A stretch of 64,000 nucleotides of DNA from the NCBI GenBank assembly GCA_019348355.1, contig JAHWJP010000002.1:758-64757 (forward strand), read 5' to 3'. Below, piece after piece: positions 9,620 to 19,201 of this stretch. A program made the translations under genes and the position numbers. Under the pieces are notes generated by a model that searched no databases, was not told the DNA's origin, and saw only the letters and a list, made by a program, of their open reading frames with translations. The DNA comes from Actinomycetota bacterium. Lineage in GTDB: Bacteria > Actinomycetota > Actinomycetes > Mycobacteriales > SCTD01. Position 1 is the stretch's first letter. Each line of letters begins with the position of its first letter.

Positions 9620-9960
9620 GCCAGTGGGCAAGCATCTGTCCCGCCGCCCGGCTGCCGGTCGAGCGAGGGGTCGCCGCGCTGCTCGACGGCGAGCAGGTGG
9701 CGGTCTTCCGTACCGCCGACAACCGGTTCCACGCCGTCTCGAACTTCGACCCGTTCAGCGGGGCGATGGTCATCTCGCGCGGCATCGTCGGCAGCCGCGG
9801 CGATCGGCCGACCGTCGCGAGCCCGATCTACAAGCAGGTCTTCGACCTCGAGACCGGGCAGTGCCTCGACGACTCGGCGGTCCGGCTCGAGGTGCACCCG
9901 GTGCGCGTCCTGGACGGGATGGTGCAGGTTGCTCTGGGCGCGCAGGCCCTGTCCGCGTGA
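9616..9960 (+). CDS. nirD: Nitrite reductase small subunit
   Basis: DPFSGAMVISRGIVGS...VASPIYKQVFDLETGQCLD. Confidence 0.95.
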   Translation: MSQWASICPAARLPVERGVAALLDGEQVAVFRTADNRFHAVSNFDPFSGAMVISRGIVGSRGDRPTVASPIYKQVFDLETGQCLDDSAVRLEVHPVRVLDGMVQVALGAQALSA

Positions 9961-9976
9961 CACGTAGCATCGGGGG

Positions 9977-10960
9977 ATGAGGGCGCCCCTTGTCGACGGC
10001 TTCGGCCGGGTCCACACCGACCTCCGGCTGTCCCTGACCGACCGCTGCAACCTGCGGTGCACCTACTGCATGCCGGCCGAGGGCCTGGACTGGCTGCCGA
10101 CTCCCGAACTGCTGACCGACGACGAGCTCGTACGCCTTGTCGGCGTCTTCGCCTCGATGGGCGTCCGGACGGTGCGCCTGACCGGCGGGGAGCCGCTGCT
10201 GCGCCGCGGGCTGCCGGGCCTGGTGGCCCGGCTGTCCGAGCTGGGCCTGCGGTCGTCACTGACCACCAACGGGCTGGGGCTGGCCCGACAGGCGCAGGCG
10301 CTGCGTGATGCCGGGCTGAACCGGGTCAACGTGAGCCTGGACACCCTGCGGCCGGAGCGCTTCCTCGAGCTCACCCGGCGCGACCGCTTCGCCGACGTGG
10401 TCGAGGGTCTACGCGCCGCGAAGCTGGCCGGCCTCGATCCGGTCAAGGTCAACACCGTCCTGATGCGCGGGGTCAACGACGACGAGGCGGCCGACCTGCT
10501 CGCCTGGGCGCTCGAGCACGGCTACGCCCTGCGCTTCATCGAGCAGATGCCACTGGACCCGCAGCACGGCTGGGACCGTGCCACGATGGTGCCGGCGGAC
10601 GAGATCCTCGAGGTGCTCGGCCGCCACGTTGCGCTGACACCTGTCGAGCACCGCGGCAGCGCGCCGGCGGAGGAGTTCCTCGTCGACGGCGGGCCCGCCA
10701 CCGTCGGCGTCGTCGGGTCGGTCACCCGGCCGTTCTGCGCGAGCTGCGACCGGCTCCGGCTGACCGCGGACGGCCAGGTGCGCAACTGCCTGTTCGCCCG
10801 CGACGAATCCGACCTGCGCGCGCCGCTGCGGGAAGGGGCGAGCGACGACGAGCTGGCCGAGCGGCTGCGGGTCGCGGTGGCCGGCAAGAAGGCCGGCCAC
10901 GGGATCGGCGAGCCGGGGTTCGTGCAGCCCGACCGGCCCATGTCGGCCATCGGCGGCTGA
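9977..10960 (+). CDS. moaA: GTP 3',8-cyclase
   Basis: CNLRCTYC radical SAM motif, FCASCDRLR, C-terminal MSAIGG. Confidence 0.97.
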   Translation: MRAPLVDGFGRVHTDLRLSLTDRCNLRCTYCMPAEGLDWLPTPELLTDDELVRLVGVFASMGVRTVRLTGGEPLLRRGLPGLVARLSELGLRSSLTTNGLGLARQAQALRDAGLNRVNVSLDTLRPERFLELTRRDRFADVVEGLRAAKLAGLDPVKVNTVLMRGVNDDEAADLLAWALEHGYALRFIEQMPLDPQHGWDRATMVPADEILEVLGRHVALTPVEHRGSAPAEEFLVDGGPATVGVVGSVTRPFCASCDRLRLTADGQVRNCLFARDESDLRAPLREGASDDELAERLRVAVAGKKAGHGIGEPGFVQPDRPMSAIGG

Positions 10961-10972
10961 CCCCGCGGTCGT

Positions 10973-11515
10973 TCACCGCAGCCGCGCCTGCAGCCCGGCG
11001 CGAACGTCCGGCCACTCCCTGGCCAGGATCGAGAAGTACGTCGTGTCGCGCACCGACCCGTCGTTGCGCAGCTTGGCGTGCCGCAGGGTGCCGTCCTCGC
11101 GGGCGCCCAGCCGGGTGATGGCCGAGCGGGACCGAGCGTTGCGCGCATCGGTCTTCAGCGTGACCCGGGCGGCGCCGAGGTCGTCGAAGGCATGGCCGAG
11201 CAGCACCAGCTTGCACTCGGGGTTGACCCGGCCCCCCCACGCCGACCTCGCATACCAGGTCCAGCCGATCTCGAGCCCGCCGACGTCGAGGTCGACATCG
11301 AGATAGGAGCTCGAACCGACCGCCCGCCCGTCGACGATCACCGCCCAGGCCGGCGCGCCGGGGTGGTCGCGCACCATCCTGCGTACGTCCTGCTTGCGCT
11401 CCGGACGGTGGACCGGCAGCCAACGCCAGATGGCGTCGTCCTGCGCCGCTTCGAACAGGTCGGCCACGTGGGCCGGTGCCAGCGGCTCCAGCCGAACGCT
11501 GTCACCGGTCAGCAC
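10973..11515 (-). CDS. GNAT family N-acetyltransferase (RimJ/RimL-like)
   Basis: LEIGWTWYA...VNPECKLVLLGHAFDDLG...KTDARNARSRSAI. Start uncertain (GTG 11515 or CTG about 11542). Confidence 0.88.
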   Translation of the reverse strand: MLTGDSVRLEPLAPAHVADLFEAAQDDAIWRWLPVHRPERKQDVRRMVRDHPGAPAWAVIVDGRAVGSSSYLDVDLDVGGLEIGWTWYARSAWGGRVNPECKLVLLGHAFDDLGAARVTLKTDARNARSRSAITRLGAREDGTLRHAKLRNDGSVRDTTYFSILAREWPDVRAGLQARLR

Positions 11516-11538
11516 AATCGGCTTCGGAAGGCGCAGGG

Positions 11539-12399
11539 TCAGCAGATCCCGCGCAGGAACCGGTAGGGGTTGACCGAACCGCCGCCACCAGGCTGCATCT
11601 CGAAGTGCACGTGCGGTGCGCTGCCCGAGGCGTTGCCGCTGCTGCCGACCCTCGCGATGAGCTGCCCGGCCTGCACCCGCTCGCCGCTGCGGGCGACGTT
11701 GGAGGAGTTGTGGGCGTAGTAGAAGACGTCGCCGTTGGTGGCCCGAAGGTAGATCGCGAGCCCGCCGGCGCCGCCTGAGCTGGTCCGGACGACACCGTTC
11801 GCGACGGCATAGACCGGGGCGCCGGCTGACGCCATCAGGTCGGTACCCTTGTGACTGCGTCCGCCGGAGCGGGGCGCGCCCCAGGTGTCGGTGAAGCGCG
11901 CGGACGGCACCGGGCAGGTCCTGGACGACACGACCTTGGCGAGCGCGGGCTTGGCCTTGGGAACCAGTGCGGGCGGGGGAGGGGGCGGTGGGAGGGGCGG
12001 CGGCGGAGGGGGCGGCGGCGGAGGGGGCGGCGGTGGGGGCGGCGGCGGTGGGACCTCTGCAGCCGGCGCAGGTGGGGCGGCGACGACTTGCTCCGGGCCC
12101 GGCGCGACCTCGGCCGCGGCCTCGACCGATCGCGACCGGGAGGCGCGCTGCCCGGGGTTCGTGCCGAGGCCATCCACGACAGTGTTCGCCGTCGGGGCGG
12201 CCAGCAGCGTGGGAGCCGCGCCGGCTGACTGGGTGGCCAGTCCGGCGAGGGCCCCGCCGGCAAGGGTCAGGAGCAGGGCCGGCAGCGTGGTGTGGCGCGC
12301 ATCCCGACGGGCGGCATGCGGGCGTCGATGGGCGGGCGGCACGAACAAACCTCCACAAAGGCGACCGGGTGTTCGCGGGACGGTACCGGACAGGTGCAC
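11539..12399 (-). CDS. M23 family metallopeptidase (cell-wall endopeptidase) with polyproline linker
   Basis: HKGTD (HxxxD), YYAH and PHVH (HxH) motifs; hydrophobic N-terminal segment. Start uncertain. Confidence 0.88.
   Translation of the reverse strand: MHLSGTVPRTPGRLCGGLFVPPAHRRPHAARRDARHTTLPALLLTLAGGALAGLATQSAGAAPTLLAAPTANTVVDGLGTNPGQRASRSRSVEAAAEVAPGPEQVVAAPPAPAAEVPPPPPPPPPPPPPPPPPPPLPPPPPPPALVPKAKPALAKVVSSRTCPVPSARFTDTWGAPRSGGRSHKGTDLMASAGAPVYAVANGVVRTSSGGAGGLAIYLRATNGDVFYYAHNSSNVARSGERVQAGQLIARVGSSGNASGSAPHVHFEMQPGGGGSVNPYRFLRGIC
11971..12052. repeat. GGN/CCN triplet tract encoding P18-L-P7
   Basis: Read directly in the sequence and in the translation. Confidence 0.9.
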
Positions 12400-12454
12400 C
12401 TAGCGGGGACGGCGACCCGCGCCACCGCGGAAGTTCTCCCGCACACTGCATGCC

Positions 12455-13339
12455 ATGGCCCTACGCCGCGGACCCTCCGAACCCCCCGCACCGGTCCCGC
12501 CGATCCCGCTTCCGCCCGGCTGCGCCGTCCTCGTGCCCGGCCGGGGTGAGTTCTTCCTGCGCGACAGCGGGGGAGAGGGCCAGCCGGTGCTGCTCGTGCA
12601 CGGCTGGATGTTCCCGAGCGACCTCAACTGGCTGCACACCTACCGGCCGCTGCGTCAAGCCGGCTACCGAGTCCTCGCCATGGATCTGCGGGGGCACGGT
12701 CGCGGCTTGCGCTCAGGGGCGCACTTCCGGCTCGCCGACTGCGCCGACGACGCGGCCGGTGTGCTGACCGCGCTGGGATTGCCCCCGGCTCTGGTCGTCG
12801 GCTACTCGATGGGCGGCACGGTCGCCCAGTTGCTCGCGCGGCGCCATCCTGACCGGGTTGCCGGCCTGGTGCTCTGCGCGACGGCGCTCGACTGGAGCGA
12901 CCCCCGGATGAAGGTCTTCTGGCGGATGATGGGCGGGCTGCGCCTGCTGCTCGGGCTGTTCCCGCGCGGCTCGTGGAGCGCCGGCATGCGGATGTCCGGA
13001 GCGCCCTCCCGGGAGAGCAACTGGGTCGCCTCCGAGCTGTCCCGGGGCAGCGCCCGTGACCTGGCCGAGGCAGGGCGCGAGCTCGGCCGGTTCGACAGCA
13101 GCGGCTGGGTCGGCAACCTGCCTCAACCGGCAGCGGTGCTGGTCATGACGTCGGACCGTCTCGTCCCCCCGCGCAAGCAACTGGCGCTGGCGCAGCGGCT
13201 CGGCGTCGAACCGCTGCTGCTCGACGCCGATCACGACGCCTGCTCGAACCGGCCGGCCGCCTTCGTCTCGGCTCTGCTGACGGCACTACGGACGGTAAGC
13301 CTGGCCAGCCGGCTCACGGCAGCGGATCGACCCGCCTGA
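12455..13339 (+). CDS. Alpha/beta hydrolase
   Basis: VHGW, DLRGHG, GYSMGG nucleophile elbow, C-terminal His (DADHD). Confidence 0.9.
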   Translation: MALRRGPSEPPAPVPPIPLPPGCAVLVPGRGEFFLRDSGGEGQPVLLVHGWMFPSDLNWLHTYRPLRQAGYRVLAMDLRGHGRGLRSGAHFRLADCADDAAGVLTALGLPPALVVGYSMGGTVAQLLARRHPDRVAGLVLCATALDWSDPRMKVFWRMMGGLRLLLGLFPRGSWSAGMRMSGAPSRESNWVASELSRGSARDLAEAGRELGRFDSSGWVGNLPQPAAVLVMTSDRLVPPRKQLALAQRLGVEPLLLDADHDACSNRPAAFVSALLTALRTVSLASRLTAADRPA

Positions 13340-13520
13340 GAAAGCTTCGTAGGTCGAGGTATTCGGACAGGGAGGAGCGATGGTCCTCGCAGGCCACCCA
13401 GGTCTTCTCGCGGCCCGGAGTGTGCAGCTTAGGGTTGTTCCACACCAGCACCGACGATGCGGCGTTGCGGCAGCCCTTGGCCGAGCAGATGACCTCGTCG
13501 TCGCTTGTCGCTCCGCTCAT
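13314..13520 (-). CDS. Small conserved actinobacterial Cys/His protein (probable Zn binder)
   Basis: CSAKGC...WNNPKLHTP...WVACEDH; ATG overlaps the upstream stop. Confidence 0.8.
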   Translation of the reverse strand: MSGATSDDEVICSAKGCRNAASSVLVWNNPKLHTPGREKTWVACEDHRSSLSEYLDLRSFLRRVDPLP

Positions 13521-14155
13521 CGGTCGATCGCCGCGACGCCGACGAGCCAGCAGGTGTGCCCGTCGTCGGCCCAGGCCACCACCCGGTCGCCCGGGCCGAG
13601 CGCCCGCCGGACGTCGCGCAGCAGCCGGGACAGCCGCATCCCGTACGGCGGCAGGGGCGTGCGCCACTGGTCCGCGCCGCGATGCGCCCGATGCCATCGA
13701 CGCTCCAGCCGCGGGACGTGCAGGGTCCGGACCTCGGCGCCGGCCAGGTCGTAGGGCTCGCCCTCCACCACGTCGACCACGTCGTACGGCTGGCTGGCGC
13801 GCACGGTGGCCCGCCCCGCGTGCACCGAGCGCACCGACCGCAGCACCAGCAGGTCACACCGCCCGGCGGGCGACGCGGCCTGCTTGGCCGCGCTCAGCGC
13901 CGCACCGAGACCCGCCACGTCGTCGGAGCTCACGCGTACGGCCTGCGACGTCCCCAGCGGCCGGAGCAGGACGTGCTCGCTGCGGCGCAGCGGACCGAGA
14001 CTTCGCCCGCCGTCGAGCAGGACGGCGCCGACCGGCAGCCGCACCCCCGCCCGGGCGCAGCGCGTGAGCAGGTGCCCCTCGGCGTCGACGGCGGGCGGCA
14101 GCGGGCTGCCCAGGCGGATCAGGTCGGTCGCGGGCGGTCGCAGGCGGCGGCTCAT
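13517..14155 (-). CDS. Hypothetical protein, degenerate PEP/pyruvate-binding (PPDK_N ATP-grasp)-like
   Basis: AGVRLPVGAVL near the N-terminus and RLSRLLRDVRRALG...VAWADDGHTCWLV at the C-terminus; TAGCGT 6 nt before the ATG. Confidence 0.6.
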   Translation of the reverse strand: MSRRLRPPATDLIRLGSPLPPAVDAEGHLLTRCARAGVRLPVGAVLLDGGRSLGPLRRSEHVLLRPLGTSQAVRVSSDDVAGLGAALSAAKQAASPAGRCDLLVLRSVRSVHAGRATVRASQPYDVVDVVEGEPYDLAGAEVRTLHVPRLERRWHRAHRGADQWRTPLPPYGMRLSRLLRDVRRALGPGDRVVAWADDGHTCWLVGVAAIDR

Positions 14156-14199
14156 GGTCCGACGCTAACGCCGGGGGTCACCACGTACCGTCTTGGCGC

Positions 14200-14826
14200 G
14201 TGGATCTCAGGCAGCGACGGACCGCCCTTCACTGGCAGACGGCGGAGCTGCGCCAGCGCACATGGGCGAAGTGGTCGCTGCGCAAGGTCAGCAAGGTCGG
14301 TGCCAGGGCGGTCGTGCTCGGCAGTCCGACGGTGGACGCGACCGACCTCGAGGTGGGGGAGAGCTTCAAGATCTGGTCGGGCCACCGCAAGACCCTCATC
14401 AGCGGGTGGGGGCGGATCCGCCTCGGCGACCGGGTGTTCGTGAACTGCGGCACAGTGATCATCGCGGTGCGGGAGATCGTCGTCGGCGACGACGTGGCCT
14501 TCGCCAACGAGGTCTACGTGGTGGACAGCAACAGCCATGGCGTCGAGGGGCGGGCGCACGTCGATGCCCCGGTGCACATCGGGGACGGGACCTGGCTCGG
14601 CAGCCGGGCGATGATCCTGCCAGGTGTGACGATCGGCAAGCGGGTCGTGGTCGCGGCGGGCGCGGTCGTGACGCACGATGTGCCCGACGACACCCTCGTC
14701 GCCGGGAACCCGGCGCGGGTCATGCGCACGCTGGACTACCCGCCCGGCTGTCGACGTGCCTGGCATGACGAATGGGGCTGTCATTGTGCGAAACTCATCG
14801 CCGACCGCGGAGTCGAGACGGCTTGA
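14200..14826 (+). CDS. Hexapeptide-repeat O-acetyltransferase
   Basis: PVHIGDGTWLG...ILPGVTIG...VAAGAVVTHDVP...VAGNPAR. Confidence 0.9.
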   Translation: MDLRQRRTALHWQTAELRQRTWAKWSLRKVSKVGARAVVLGSPTVDATDLEVGESFKIWSGHRKTLISGWGRIRLGDRVFVNCGTVIIAVREIVVGDDVAFANEVYVVDSNSHGVEGRAHVDAPVHIGDGTWLGSRAMILPGVTIGKRVVVAAGAVVTHDVPDDTLVAGNPARVMRTLDYPPGCRRAWHDEWGCHCAKLIADRGVETA

Positions 14827-14901
14827 CCGGCTGCACCAGGCGTCGACGGTCCGCCCAAGCTCCGCCAGCAGCAAGGGGCGGTCGTCGGGCGGCTGTCACA
14901 C

Positions 14902-15858
14902 TCAACGGCGGCAGTCGAGCACGAGCTTGCCGTGCGAGGCTCGGCTGAGCAGGTCCTCGTGGGCCCGGTGCGCCTCGCGAAGCGGGTAGGTGCCGCCGAC
15001 CACCGGCCGCAGCGTGCCGGCCTCGACCATCGACAGCAACTCGGCCATCGGCGGCTGCAGCATCTCCGGGCGGGCGAACGCGTGCGCGAGCCAGAAGCCG
15101 ATGACCGCACGACTGTGCGACATCAGTGCCCCGGACGTGATCGGCGTGGGCGGCTGACGGGAAGCCATGCCGAAGGCGGCGAGGCGGCCGAAGGGCGCCA
15201 TCGCAGCGAGGGAGGCGTCGAGTGTCGCCCCGCCGACCATCTCGAGCACCACGTCCACCTTCCGGCCGTCGTTCGCCTGCTCCAACGCGGCTTTCAGGTC
15301 GGGTTCATTGGCGTCCACGGTGACATCCGCGCCGAGAGAGGCTGCCAGAGCGCGCTTCTCTGCGGTGGAGGCGACGCCGATGACGGTGCCCGCCCCCCAC
15401 GCCTTGGCGAGCTGCACGGCGAGCGTCCCGACGCCACCGGCCGCGGCATGCACCACGACGCTTTCGCCGGCCGCCAGACGGGTCGAGGTGCGGAGCAGGT
15501 GCCAGGCGGTCAGACCCTGGACCAGCAGGGCCAGCGCCTGACCGTCGCTGACGCCCTCCGGCACGGCGAAGCTCATGCCCGGGTGGACGAGCGCCCGTTC
15601 GGCGTAACCACCGCCGAGCGTGAACGAGGCGACGCGCGCGCCGTCGGGTCGCCGGCCGACGACCTCGCTGCCGGGGATGAACGGCAGCGTCTGCGGGGAC
15701 AGGTAGTCGTTGGCGGCGGCGTGGGTGTCGGCGTAGTTGATCCCCGCCGAGGACACGTCCAGCAGTTCCTGTCCGCGTTCAGGCACCGGTTCCGGAACAT
15801 CGTCTCGGACCTGCAGGACCTCGGGACCCCCGAACGTCTCGATCACGATCGCTCTCAT
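14902..15858 (-). CDS. NADPH:quinone oxidoreductase (zeta-crystallin/MDR family)
   Basis: GGPEVLQ, GINYAD, VHAAAGGVG, HGKLVL. Confidence 0.92.
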   Translation of the reverse strand: MRAIVIETFGGPEVLQVRDDVPEPVPERGQELLDVSSAGINYADTHAAANDYLSPQTLPFIPGSEVVGRRPDGARVASFTLGGGYAERALVHPGMSFAVPEGVSDGQALALLVQGLTAWHLLRTSTRLAAGESVVVHAAAGGVGTLAVQLAKAWGAGTVIGVASTAEKRALAASLGADVTVDANEPDLKAALEQANDGRKVDVVLEMVGGATLDASLAAMAPFGRLAAFGMASRQPPTPITSGALMSHSRAVIGFWLAHAFARPEMLQPPMAELLSMVEAGTLRPVVGGTYPLREAHRAHEDLLSRASHGKLVLDCRR

Positions 15859-15905
15859 GCCAGGCACGATCCCATGGTGAGCCGATCGACTGACCCGAGG
15901 CGACA

Positions 15906-16877
15906 TCAGGAGGTGTTGACGTGCCCCCCCGGCTCGAAGACCCGGTAACAGCCCTTCCCGGCCCGCTTGGCGAGGTACATCGCGAAGTCTGCCTGACGGA
16001 GCAGGTCGTCGGGGTTGTCGGTGAGGGGTCCGCCGTGGGAGATGCCGATGCTGGCCCCGAGCTGGATCCGTTCGCCGTTGATCAGCACCGGCTGCCGCAG
16101 TCGCTCACACAGCTCGTCCGCTGTCCGTGCGGCCGAGTGCACGTCGATGTCCTCGAGCAGCACCGCGAACTCGTCCCCACCGAGCCGAGCGACGGTGTCG
16201 GTCGCGCGTACGCAGCGGGTGAGTCTGCGGGACACCTCGGTCAGGACCGCGTCACCGGCCGCGTGCCCGCGACTGTCGTTGACGTCTTTGAAACCGTCGA
16301 GATCGAGGAACAAGACGGCAATCTCGGTGAGTTCGCGCCTTGTCCGGGTGAGCGCGTGCATGGTGCGATCGGCAAACAGGGCTCGATTCGCGAGGCCGGT
16401 GAGATCGTCGTGAAAGGCCTGATGATGCAAAGTGGCCTCCAGGCGCTGACGTTCAGCGACGTTGCGATCCAGGGCGTCGACCAGCGCGTTGAAGGCCAGC
16501 GCAGTTTCACCGAGTTCGTCGTCGGAGTCGACCGGCAATTGGCAGTTCCTGACGTGCAGCAAGGACCAGTCACCCGCCTCTGTTGCGGTGCGCACGATCT
16601 CGTCGACTCGTCGCATCCGGCCGGCCAAGCGCCGTAGCCGCCGACCGACGACGAACCGGGCCAGGAGGTAGTTGATCCCGCCGAGCAGGATGCCCGCTGT
16701 CAGGCAGGCGAGCCGGGACCGGATGGAACCGGCCTGCTCCGGAGCAGCGATGTCCATCGCGTCCAGGAAGAATGGGAAGACGAGACCGATGAGCATCCCG
16801 AGGCCGACCATGCATGCACCCAGCAGACGCAAGGTGCTCGGACGCCACCGCGGGGCTCGGCCCCCGACAGCGGTCAC
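15906..16877 (-). CDS. Membrane diguanylate cyclase (2 TM, HAMP-like, GGDEF)
   Basis: HDDLTGLANR, DLDGFKDVNDSRGH, RATD I-site, intact GGDEF; no EAL domain. Confidence 0.93.
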   Translation of the reverse strand: MTAVGGRAPRWRPSTLRLLGACMVGLGMLIGLVFPFFLDAMDIAAPEQAGSIRSRLACLTAGILLGGINYLLARFVVGRRLRRLAGRMRRVDEIVRTATEAGDWSLLHVRNCQLPVDSDDELGETALAFNALVDALDRNVAERQRLEATLHHQAFHDDLTGLANRALFADRTMHALTRTRRELTEIAVLFLDLDGFKDVNDSRGHAAGDAVLTEVSRRLTRCVRATDTVARLGGDEFAVLLEDIDVHSAARTADELCERLRQPVLINGERIQLGASIGISHGGPLTDNPDDLLRQADFAMYLAKRAGKGCYRVFEPGGHVNTS

Positions 16878-16911
16878 CAGCCCGGTCCGTCAGTGAGCTT
16901 CACCTGGCAGG

Positions 16912-16939
16912 CATCGACAGCTCCGGATGCGGACTGAAC
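16912..16939 (-). promoter_or_regulatory. Possible sigma28 (FliA/WhiG)-type promoter
   Basis: Minus strand TTCAG-N15-GTCGATG, 35 nt upstream of the DGC start. Confidence 0.4.
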
Positions 16940-16998
16940 CCAACCGGGCATTCGCCGCGGAAGTACCGGAGCAGCGTCGCCCGCCCGGGCCAGGCGGC

Positions 16999-17534
16999 CT
17001 AGCGCAGGCGCCTGGCTCGCAACACCAGGTCGTCTCTGTGGTGCGACCCGGCACCGGAAAGGACCTCGCGCGCTCGCCTCTCGTCGACCTCGAGTTGCCA
17101 GTTGTCGTCGAGCAGGGCGGCGACGTCCGAGGGGCTCACGAAGTCGGCCGGGTCGAACCCGTGGTCCTCGGCATGCTTCACGTCGTTGTCGGCATGGTGC
17201 ACCACGAGCAAGGTGCCGCCGGGCGCTACAGCAGCCAGGAGCGAACGTTCGGCATCAGCACCGGGCGTGCAAGGCAGCCCGCTCCAGCGCCACGGAAGAG
17301 ACGTCCAGTGCCGTGACCTCCCAGCCCTGGCCAGCCAAACCAGACCGCGTCCGCGCCTTCGCCGCAACCGACGCCGAGCGCCTGGCCTGGCGCAAGTGCG
17401 GTCACCTCGGTGACGAGGGCGCCGTTGGGCTGGCCGCTCCACACCTGCTCCGCGCTGGCGTAGCGCTCGTCCCACTCGGCGTGGCCGTGAGGGACTGCCG
17501 CGGCGTGACGGTGCTGGTGAAAAGGGGGTGTCAT
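16999..17534 (-). pseudogene. Degraded class I SAM-dependent methyltransferase
   Basis: WDERYASAEQVWSGQPN...GVGCGEGADAVW lies in one frame and LLAAVAPGGTLLVVHH...DDLVLRARR in another; the middle is shortened. Confidence 0.85.
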
Positions 17535-17703
17535 GAGAGCAACATCGCTCACGACTTGCCTGACGCCAAGGCGCCTTGCTGTTCTGGCAACCTCGACCTC
17601 GAGCAGCAGCCATGTTCCGCGGCAGCGCAGGGCTCGCTCGATCGGCGGCCAGAGTCCACAATTCACAGAATGCGGCCTCGCCAGGGGTCAGGAGCCGGAG
17701 CTG

Positions 17704-17943
17704 ATGACGATGGCCAAGCGTGGGCACAAGGCGAGCACGGACAAGGCCGAGCGCGGCCGGTGGGAGCGCGTCATGTTCTCCGTCATGGGCCCGCCGCAGG
17801 TCGGTGACATCAACGCGCCGATCAGGGACCTCCCGCCGCGTCCGGTGGAGCTCTGCGGCACGTGCGGGCAGCCGTACGAGGAACACACGATCGTTCGGGA
17901 CCCCGGCCTGACCTACAGCCGCTGTCCGGCTCCTCGAGGCTGA
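17704..17943 (+). CDS. Small hypothetical protein with CxxC...H...C motif
   Basis: GGAG RBS; MGPPQVGD...LCGTCGQPYEEH...YSRCP. Confidence 0.7.
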   Translation: MTMAKRGHKASTDKAERGRWERVMFSVMGPPQVGDINAPIRDLPPRPVELCGTCGQPYEEHTIVRDPGLTYSRCPAPRG

Positions 17944-17989
17944 GCCGCCCTTCTGCGTCGGCACCTCAGTCCTGAGCTCGGTGCCGAGC

Positions 17990-18300
17990 CCACACAGCGA
18001 GCGGGCACGTGTCGCCTGCCCTGGCTCCAGATGTCCGCGGACGCCGGCAAGGTTGGGATGCCATACTCCGCAGGCTCCTCGAGCGAGAACTCTTCCGCGA
18101 AGCTCCGGTAGTACGCCCACAAGTGGGGAGTCGCCTGCGCAAGGATCTCCGGCCCGGCAACCCGAAAGTTGCGCACGGCCTCCTCGAACGCGTCACGCAT
18201 CTCAGGGGTGAACTCGCCATCGAAGAGGTCGGCCTCCTCGCGAGCCGATCAAGACGACTCTTCAGGGTTGCGAGCAAAGGGGACTGATTGTGCATCGACG
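17990..18300 (-). pseudogene. Gene remnant (DUF6985-like hypothetical)
   Basis: FEEAVRNF...ATPHLWAYYR...GIPTLP..ADIWSQ looks like real protein but lacks a credible N- and C-terminus. Boundaries approximate. Confidence 0.4.
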
Positions 18301-18418
18301 GCGCCGCGCCATCGGCCTCTCGTCCGCGTGACGTGCTTCGACGCCACCGCATGACTGGAGGGTAGCGCCGGCCATGGCCCCGAGCGTTGCCTTATCGGCC
18401 GGATGACGGCAAGAGACG

Positions 18419-19201
18419 TCAGGCGGTGGTGGCTGGGCGCCGGCGCTGCGCCTCGCTCACGTGACCTGCGGCGGCGACGGCGACAGCCATCACCGCGAGC
18501 GCGACGAGCACACCCGGCAGGCTGGTGGGACCGGCGGGGCTGGAGCTGATAGGCAGGACGTTCTGCGCGACGGCGGGCTGCGGCGAGACGCCGGGCAGCG
18601 CGAGGGTCGGGGAGAAGTCGGTCGTCGCCGGGGCGAGCGGGGGCAGACCCGCGGCCATTCCGCGGGCGAGGCCGCCGAGCGGGCTGAAGGCCAGCGGCGC
18701 TGCGCTGTCGCCCGCGTCCGCCCGGGAGCCGAGCTCGATGGCCGCCGCGGTCAGCGCGTTGCCACGAACCTCAGCGGGAGCGGCCGCTGCGGGAGCCTGG
18801 GCGACCGGCGCCGCGACTGAAGCGACAGTGGCGGAAGGGCCGGCCTGTCCGGGGACCGGGGCCTGCGGAGCAGGGGCCTTGGGAGCCGCGGCGATTTTGT
18901 CGATCTGCTTGACGACCACGTCCACGATGGCCGTGATGGGGTCGGTGACCGCGGCGGGCCTGGGGGCCGGGGCCGGGGCCGGCGCCGGCGCGGTCACCGC
19001 GGGTGCGGCGGCCTTGACGACCGGCTCCACCACGGGCGCGACAGCGTTCTGCGCAGGCTCCAGCGGCGCGCTCAGCTGAGCGGGGGGGTTGTCCACCGTC
19101 GAGACGGGGTCGATGGCGAAGGCCGGTCCGGCAACCACGACCAGCACCAGAGCCCCCAGGCCGACAGCAGCACTGCGGCGGGAGAAGTGAAGCTGGGACA
19201 C
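18419..19201 (-). CDS. Exported Pro/Ala-rich protein with C-terminal membrane anchor
   Basis: Signal peptide ending AGPAFA; low-complexity body; C-terminal hydrophobic helix followed by RRR; GGAGG RBS. Confidence 0.7.
   Translation of the reverse strand: MSQLHFSRRSAAVGLGALVLVVVAGPAFAIDPVSTVDNPPAQLSAPLEPAQNAVAPVVEPVVKAAAPAVTAPAPAPAPAPRPAAVTDPITAIVDVVVKQIDKIAAAPKAPAPQAPVPGQAGPSATVASVAAPVAQAPAAAAPAEVRGNALTAAAIELGSRADAGDSAAPLAFSPLGGLARGMAAGLPPLAPATTDFSPTLALPGVSPQPAVAQNVLPISSSPAGPTSLPGVLVALAVMAVAVAAAGHVSEAQRRRPATTA

Noticed and set aside
12300..12455. Possible c-di-AMP (ydaO) riboswitch upstream of the M23 peptidase
   Set aside because: The conserved GCCGAATCC, GGGGAACC and TCAGCTAAC blocks were not found.
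18392..18399. Perfect sigma28 -10 (GCCGATAA) on the minus strand
   Set aside because: No matching -35 at 15 nt, and no intact gene downstream.
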